From NCBI GenBank assembly GCA_964521865.1, contig CAZFTJ010000005.1:7613-71612 (forward strand): a stretch of 64,000 bases of DNA. Direction: 5' to 3'. Shown piece after piece: positions 58,553 to 64,000 of the stretch. Each line of letters begins with the position of its first letter. Position 1 is the first letter of the stretch. Below the pieces are notes generated by a model that was given only the letters and a program-made list of their open reading frames with translations, did no database searches and was not told the origin of the DNA. Made by a program: the position numbers and the translations under genes. This DNA is from an uncultured Spirochaetota bacterium. GTDB taxonomy: Bacteria > Spirochaetota > B62-G9 > DRHN01.

Positions 58553-59575
58553 TCATCGCAATTGTATTACCCGGAGTATATACTCACCAAGCTCATGCTT
58601 CTGAGATACCGCGTTGATGCCCTCCATATTGAGGGAATCGTGTATGTAATCGATACCGACGCTGTTGTCCGTCACCGGTCCGCTTATAAGATGAACCGGC
58701 ATAGAGAGCTCCTTCATCAATTGCACCGCACCCCACGCACCGACCGGATCGAGTGCGCACACAACGCTGCACACAGTTGCGTCGCGAAGCTCCCTGTCCG
58801 AGAAATAATTCAGCACGCCGTAATCACCGAGAAGACCGTCTCCGAGCTCGACGATGACCACATCCGGGTTGTATCCCGCAAGCTCGTTGAGCGCCCCCTT
58901 TGCTATGAACGGCACCTCATCCGATTTAACGGTAGAGGGATACCCGAAGTCGAGAAATGAAAGCGCTTTGAGGGCGCCGTGGTCCTCCATATTCAGTACA
59001 TCCTTAAGCGCGGAAATACCGGATATCTTGGCGGAGCAGACGCTGTGTCCCTTCCAGGCAAGCTCCCTGGCGATGTTGGCGGCTGCAACCGTTTTACCGC
59101 TGTTCATGGATGTTCCGGAAACCGCGATAACCGGAATATGCGCCTTCAGATCGGTAGCCGTGCCGAGCGAAAAATCCCTGATATTCAGAGGTCCCTTATC
59201 ACCCGCAACGGTTCCGAGAACCTCGACCTTCAACGGCTGTCCGTACTCTCTGCTGTAAGAAACCGCCCTGCCGATTACCCCGCCCAGGTTCAGAATGTTG
59301 AGAACATCACCCCGTTTTACCCGATCGGGAAGCACTCCCACAAAACCCTGCAGAGCGCGTCTCTCGCCCAATACCCCGGCTATAACGTCGCCGCGGGATA
59401 TTTTCGCCATTCGCCCTGTAACGAGCTCGATCATGTCGTACACGCGCTTCTCTTCAAGGGCACGCACGACGCACACGTTCCCCCTCGTCCCATCGCTCTC
59501 CTCACGAACGTCCACCTCCCGCCCAAGCGGCACGTTTACCGTTACAGACGCCGGTTTGTCGATCGCTACTTTCAT
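58553..59575 (-). CDS. DUF1611-family P-loop protein (DgcN-like) embedded in the arginine operon
   Basis: N-terminal Rossmann-like half plus a C-terminal Walker-A-like VIAVSGTSMNSGKT; about 340 aa from MKVAIDKP (RBS GAGGAG); the track ORF extends to 59668. Confidence 0.5.
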   Translation of the reverse strand: MKVAIDKPASVTVNVPLGREVDVREESDGTRGNVCVVRALEEKRVYDMIELVTGRMAKISRGDVIAGVLGERRALQGFVGVLPDRVKRGDVLNILNLGGVIGRAVSYSREYGQPLKVEVLGTVAGDKGPLNIRDFSLGTATDLKAHIPVIAVSGTSMNSGKTVAAANIARELAWKGHSVCSAKISGISALKDVLNMEDHGALKALSFLDFGYPSTVKSDEVPFIAKGALNELAGYNPDVVIVELGDGLLGDYGVLNYFSDRELRDATVCSVVCALDPVGAWGAVQLMKELSMPVHLISGPVTDNSVGIDYIHDSLNMEGINAVSQKHELGEYILRVIQLR

Positions 59576-59804
59576 TCGCTGAGCCGCTCCTCTATCCTGT
59601 TTCCCGCCCTTCCGGCATAGTCCGCGCAGGGTATGATGCCCGTCGGGCATACGAACCGTCCGGTTCAATGCCGGAATACCCGCAGTAAAAGACTTTTAAT
59701 ACGTGCCCGCGGTAAAACCTTCAACACCCGGCAGTACCGGCCGTTTCACAACGAGCGACCGACGATTGGTGTATTCACGGGATTTTACGACCGGTAGTAT
59801 CGTC

Positions 59805-61010
59805 TCAGATGCCGCCGCCCCTGTGTACGATACTGTGGAGTTTTGAAGGTATACCGTAAATCCTGCTGAAGCCCTCCGCATCCCTGGAATCCCAGAGATT
59901 CTGCACTTCTCCGTACGTTGCAAGGTCTGCTCGCATGAGAGAATTGTCGCTTTTTACACCGGTAACGAGAAAACTCCCGCGATGCAGACGCACCCTGGCA
60001 GAACCGGTCACCCCGGACTGCGACGAGTCGATCATCGCCTCGAGATCCCTCATAACGGGATCGAAGTAGAGGCCCTCGTGAAGCAGGTCGCCGTAAACCT
60101 GGCCCATATGATCTTTCCAGAATCTCTGCCGCGCCGAAAGAACGAGTTTCTCGAGCTCACGGTGCGCGGAAATGAGCAGAATCGGCGCAGGCGCCTCGAA
60201 TACGATTCTTCCCTTTATACCGATAATTGTGTCGCCGATATGCACTCCCCGTCCGATTCCATAATTCCCGGCTGTTTCGTTGATGACGGCAATAATCTCT
60301 ATTCCCTCCATCTTTTTTCCATCGAGCGCAGCCGGAAGTCCTTTTTCAAAATCAATAACGACATCCGCCGGAGCTTCGGGAGTCTCCTCCGGGTTTTTGG
60401 TCTTTCTGAATACCGAATCCGGCGGAAACTGCCACGAATCGTGGGTTTCTCTGCCGCCGATAGTGGTGCCCCACAGTCCCTCATTTATGGAGTAATCTTT
60501 GACTTCGACATCGACTTCCACACCCCTGTCCTTCAGCCAGGAGGCCTCTTTTTCCCTGCTCCAGCCGAGGCTCCGGATCGGCGTGACGAGCTCTTTATCC
60601 GGTGCGAGCACCGAGAGCGCAACGTCGAAACGTATCTGATCGTTCCCGGCACCGGTCGAACCGTGGGCTACGGCCGATGCGCCTTCCTCCCGGGCGACTC
60701 TTGCAACTTCAATCGCCTGGGCGACTCGTTCAGCACCGACTGAAAGGGGGTATGAGTTGCCGCGCAGAGAATTACCCTTTATTATGTAGGAAACGAATTT
60801 ATCGTACACAAACTCCTTCCCGTCGACCGTACAGTGCTTCAGTGTGCCCAGGCTCTTCGATCTTCTTTCAATCTTTTTCAGCTCAGTGTCGCTGAATCCG
60901 CCGGTATCGACTGTAACGGATATCACGTCGAATCCTAGTTTCTCCTTCAAATACACGGCACAGAAGGTGGTATCGAGACCGCCTGAAAATGCAAGCACGA
61001 CCTTTTTCAC
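59805..61010 (-). CDS. argG: argininosuccinate synthase (GTG start)
   Basis: N-terminal PP-loop AFSGGLDTT; 401 aa; AAGGAG RBS 7 nt before the GTG. Confidence 0.95.
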   Translation of the reverse strand: MKKVVLAFSGGLDTTFCAVYLKEKLGFDVISVTVDTGGFSDTELKKIERRSKSLGTLKHCTVDGKEFVYDKFVSYIIKGNSLRGNSYPLSVGAERVAQAIEVARVAREEGASAVAHGSTGAGNDQIRFDVALSVLAPDKELVTPIRSLGWSREKEASWLKDRGVEVDVEVKDYSINEGLWGTTIGGRETHDSWQFPPDSVFRKTKNPEETPEAPADVVIDFEKGLPAALDGKKMEGIEIIAVINETAGNYGIGRGVHIGDTIIGIKGRIVFEAPAPILLISAHRELEKLVLSARQRFWKDHMGQVYGDLLHEGLYFDPVMRDLEAMIDSSQSGVTGSARVRLHRGSFLVTGVKSDNSLMRADLATYGEVQNLWDSRDAEGFSRIYGIPSKLHSIVHRGGGI

Positions 61011-61145
61011 ATCTCACTCCTTGCACGAAGCTTCGGATGGGGATCACGGATCGACGCCGCGGGAGTCGTACGCGACCGCCGGCCTGCGGCAACGACCCTG
61101 CCGCATTCTATCGGAGCCCTTCTGTTCGGCCGGCCGAACAAATAC

Positions 61146-61169
61146 GACAAAAGACCGATCGAATCGGTC
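61146..61169 (-). terminator. intrinsic terminator after the rqcH-like gene, upstream of the arg operon
   Basis: Stem GACCGAT/ATCGGTC (loop TCG) followed by TTTTGTCGTATTTGTT on the minus strand; a second perfect palindrome GTTCGGCCGGCCGAAC lies adjacent. Confidence 0.5.
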
Positions 61170-61224
61170 TCCCGGATGAAAAACAATGAACAATATTACT
61201 CAGACGGATAAATAAGAGTCAAGC

Positions 61225-62790
61225 TTATCTTTCGGTCCTCTTCGCTCCGCTCACCATAATCGGTATCTTCGAATCGACAAGCCGTGCAAGCGTCTTTTCT
61301 TCAAGCACGATGTATCTCGTCTTGTTGTGATGATAGATAACGTACCCCTGCTTCGTTCCCCTCGGTTTTTTCACATACTTGCAGTGCGTATACACCACCG
61401 TACCCGCTCCCTGACTCCGAGCCTTGCTGAAATAAAGGGCGAGGGTCGCCGCATCGAGTATATCCCTCTCCTGAAACTCGCCCTTTCTGTCATACCGCAG
61501 CACAACTGCGCTTCCAGTGCCGGCCTCGACATGAAACCAGAGGTCGTTTCCCCGCGCCTTTCTGACCGCAAGCTCCTCGTTCTCACGGGCATTTCTCCCG
61601 ACCAGGATGATTTTCCCCGTACCGGAGGTAAAACGAAGAATGCCCTTCCCCGCCTGCTCTTTTTTCAGCGATCTTCCGTCGGGACGATGAACCAGCGCCC
61701 TTTCCACACGTCTTCGAAAGCTTTCTTTAAAATAAAAATAGTCCGGTAAATCAAGCACATCGCGAGGAGATGTTCCCAGGGATATCTCTTTTTTTTCCGA
61801 CACCGTTTTTAAAAGTCTGTCAAGCGCACGAAGCCTTTCGTTTTCATAGGCTAATTTTTTTCCGAATATCTCCTTCTTTCTCCCGAGCTTCTTGTACCGC
61901 TCAAAATAACGGTGCATGTTTTCGGTGGGGCTTCGGGCCGGATCGAGCGCAATCTCGATATCGTTTCCCTTGAAATCCTTTAGCCTAACGGAGGAAGCGC
62001 CCCTTGGTATCCCGGAAAGGTTGTACTTCAAAAGCTCGCCGCATTTTCGTATCTTCTCACTGTTTTTTAGCTCCTCTTCTTCAAATAGCAGCTTGTCCAG
62101 GAGACGAGCGGCTTTCTTCCGCTCGGCCTTTACCACCTTCAGCACACCGCGCACAAGCGCCTCCGACCGCGATTTGAAGAACTGCGCGGAGAGCTCTCTG
62201 TTTAAAGCGCGTTCACCCGACAATGCAGCCTCTTTTCCTTGTGCACCGCCGCCCGCAGGCTGTTTTCGCGGCTCTATCTCTTTTAACGCGGAATCTTTTG
62301 CGCCGCTTCCCGGTATACGTTCTACGATCGACCGAAAATACGAGGCATCGGTCTTCGGTCTGTTTTTTAACAACCTGAAAACAATCTCACCTGCATCATT
62401 GAGTACCAGCACATCAAAAGCTCTGAAATCAAAAACCAGGTGACGGTCCATAGACGATCGCAGCCCGATCACCACACACTGTTCGACGCATCGCGGTCTT
62501 TCGAGCCTGAATCCATGCACAAGCGAGTGAAGCTGATGCACTGCAGGCGAGCTGTAGAGGTATGCACTGTGTATCTTTTCGAAGAGCAAATGAAAGCCCG
62601 TCTCACCCTTTTTCATGGAAACTGCCAGCACCAGCAGACCGTTTCGACCGTAGACATCGAATATCAATGTACAGGAATCGAGAAGCCTGATCTTTTGTAT
62701 CCTGCTTCCTGCCACTGCATCGGCCATCTCCAGGACAGCCCGGCGAATAAAATCTCCGGTCATCGCAACTCCCCGCCGGAACCCCTCCAT
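61225..62790 (-). CDS. rqcH: NFACT-family fibronectin-binding protein A-like / RqcH (Rqc2 homolog)
   Basis: NFACT-N-like N-terminus; coiled-coil middle; C-terminal NFACT-R/DUF814 block GNDLWFHVEAGTGSAVVL. Confidence 0.65.
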   Translation of the reverse strand: MEGFRRGVAMTGDFIRRAVLEMADAVAGSRIQKIRLLDSCTLIFDVYGRNGLLVLAVSMKKGETGFHLLFEKIHSAYLYSSPAVHQLHSLVHGFRLERPRCVEQCVVIGLRSSMDRHLVFDFRAFDVLVLNDAGEIVFRLLKNRPKTDASYFRSIVERIPGSGAKDSALKEIEPRKQPAGGGAQGKEAALSGERALNRELSAQFFKSRSEALVRGVLKVVKAERKKAARLLDKLLFEEEELKNSEKIRKCGELLKYNLSGIPRGASSVRLKDFKGNDIEIALDPARSPTENMHRYFERYKKLGRKKEIFGKKLAYENERLRALDRLLKTVSEKKEISLGTSPRDVLDLPDYFYFKESFRRRVERALVHRPDGRSLKKEQAGKGILRFTSGTGKIILVGRNARENEELAVRKARGNDLWFHVEAGTGSAVVLRYDRKGEFQERDILDAATLALYFSKARSQGAGTVVYTHCKYVKKPRGTKQGYVIYHHNKTRYIVLEEKTLARLVDSKIPIMVSGAKRTER

Positions 62791-62910
62791 CGGCGATATT
62801 CACGGCATAAACAGCTCTCAGCCCCCGTGCACGCCATTTTCAACGTAAAATAAACTGTTGACGCACGGTACGGTACATATAATAATAGAAAATTATGAGG
62901 GAGGTCGTCT

Positions 62911-64000
62911 ATGTCTTCTACATTGAATGAAATGATAATGGAAAGCGCCGATACGTTTTCCGAGCTCCCCGCTCTCAAGATACGTGAAGGGGAGATATTC
63001 AAACCTATTTCATACCGTGAGCTTGGAGAAATCATACAAAGGCTTGGAACCGGGCTTATCGATCTGGGTGTGAAAAAGGACGATCACATCGGTCTCATCT
63101 CGGACAACCGGTTTGAGTGGATAATGTGCGATCTTGCAGTGCTGGGGACGGGTGCCTGCGACGTACCGAGAGGCAGCGATACCACAGCGCAGGAGATCGA
63201 GTATATACTGAGACATGCTGAAGTGGAAACTGCATTCGTGGAGGATAAAAAGCAGCTCGAGAAAATCTATGCCATAGGTGAAACACTTACCAACCTCAAA
63301 AACCTCATCCTCATAAGCGGCGAACAGGAGATCGACCCTCAACGATACAGCCTGATGAACATATATACCATGCATGGACTTGTTAAAAGGGGGGAAGAGC
63401 TCCTTTCAGGCGGAGATTGGCGCTTTGTGAACGCATCGAAAGGTGTGAAGCCGGACGATGTCGCAACGATTATCTACACATCCGGTACCACCGGTGAGCC
63501 CAAAGGGGTTATGCTCACCCACGGCAACATCATGCACAACGTGAGAAACGCACCCAAATCGGTACCCATTACCAGGGGAGACAGATTTCTCTCCATACTG
63601 CCCGCCTGGCACTCCTTTGAACGAACCTGCGAGTACGTGCTGCTCTACGTCGGTGCGTCGAACGCATACAGCAAGCCGACGGCACAGGTGCTGCTGAAGG
63701 ATTTTGAGACGGAAAAGCCGAACTACATCGTGAGTGTACCGAGAATCTGGGAGGCCCTGTACAACGCCATACATTACAAGATAAGCAAGGACAGTACGGT
63801 CAAGCGCGTAATTTTCCACTTTTTCGTCAAAATGGGAATTCGGTATCATAGAAGCAGAATGAAATTGAAAGGTCTTCTTCCCTACTACAGGCCGAAAAAA
63901 ATGCTTGAACGCGTGGGAGAGATCCTGGGTTCCGCAATCAATTCATTTTTCCTGAAACCCGTTATATCGATGGGAGACAGGCTCGTATACAGCAAGATAC
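62911..64000 (+). CDS. long-chain fatty acid-CoA ligase (AMP-binding family), 5' partial; continues beyond the window
   Basis: RBS GAGGGAGG; AMP-binding motif IYTSGTTGEPKGV; no stop before the window end. Confidence 0.8.
   Translation, partial: MSSTLNEMIMESADTFSELPALKIREGEIFKPISYRELGEIIQRLGTGLIDLGVKKDDHIGLISDNRFEWIMCDLAVLGTGACDVPRGSDTTAQEIEYILRHAEVETAFVEDKKQLEKIYAIGETLTNLKNLILISGEQEIDPQRYSLMNIYTMHGLVKRGEELLSGGDWRFVNASKGVKPDDVATIIYTSGTTGEPKGVMLTHGNIMHNVRNAPKSVPITRGDRFLSILPAWHSFERTCEYVLLYVGASNAYSKPTAQVLLKDFETEKPNYIVSVPRIWEALYNAIHYKISKDSTVKRVIFHFFVKMGIRYHRSRMKLKGLLPYYRPKKMLERVGEILGSAINSFFLKPVISMGDRLVYSKI

Noticed and set aside
1-64000. CRISPR arrays, tRNA/rRNA genes, transposases, integrases, phage genes, toxin-antitoxin pairs
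   Set aside because: I scanned for direct-repeat/spacer periodicity, tRNA-like cloverleaf GC stems, and DDE/recombinase motifs in all ORFs. I found none. Apart from the AT-rich operon at 0.1-10.9 kb, the window looks like core chromosome.

Overview
This 64-kb window looks like bacterial chromosome, apparently from an anaerobe. The evidence is spirochaete-style lipoboxes, an HD-GYP regulator, lamin-tail lipoproteins and an adenosylcobalamin-dependent class II ribonucleotide reductase; the taxon cannot be fixed from sequence alone. I can support about 55 protein genes. I found no rRNA, tRNA, CRISPR array, transposase or phage genes. Genes are tightly packed, and many overlap by 4 bp or sit a few bases apart, which suggests translational coupling.

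Layout:
(i) 0.1-10.9 kb is an AT-rich minus-strand operon. Spot counts on three 60-nt samples give about 32-40 % GC here against about 58 % later in the window. It encodes a DegT-type aminotransferase, a UroD/MtaA-like protein, an MttB-superfamily methyltransferase with no in-frame amber codon, an NAD-dependent epimerase, a sugar-type ABC importer, a Gfo/Idh/MocA oxidoreductase and a Zn-dependent alcohol dehydrogenase.
(ii) 11.9-14.5 kb encodes a GNAT acetyltransferase, then a SAM-dependent methyltransferase whose stop overlaps the start of an HgcA-like corrinoid/transmembrane protein fused to an HgcB-like ferredoxin. This is the most notable locus.
(iii) 14.6-18.4 kb encodes HtpX, an APC-family amino-acid permease and an M24 peptidase.
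(iv) 18.5-25.5 kb is a Zn-dependent alcohol dehydrogenase, an RpiR regulator and a ribose-type ABC importer with an SDR gene embedded in it.
(v) 25.8-35.7 kb holds small enzymes (DUF1989-like, SAM methyltransferase, OsmC), an HD-GYP response regulator, a tandemly duplicated lipoprotein whose second copy is decaying, aconitase plus MsrA, and a NifX-like protein.
(vi) 34.9-40.8 kb encodes two P-loop proteins, one of them an ATP-cone/uridine-kinase-like fusion, followed by a PhnDCE phosphonate importer whose PhnE is unusually long.
(vii) 41-52.5 kb encodes a CE4 deacetylase, an aldo-keto reductase, a CPBP protease, NrdJ, lamin-tail and other lipoproteins, and a PAS hybrid histidine kinase.
(viii) 52.5-61 kb is an arginine operon on the minus strand: argG, a DUF1611 P-loop gene, argC, argD, an N-acyl-ornithine-type transcarbamylase (argF'), argB and argH. 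It has no argA/argJ or argE.
(ix) 61.2-64 kb encodes an RqcH/FbpA-like protein and the 5' part of an acyl-CoA synthetase.

All functional calls rest on motif recognition by eye. No database search was run.
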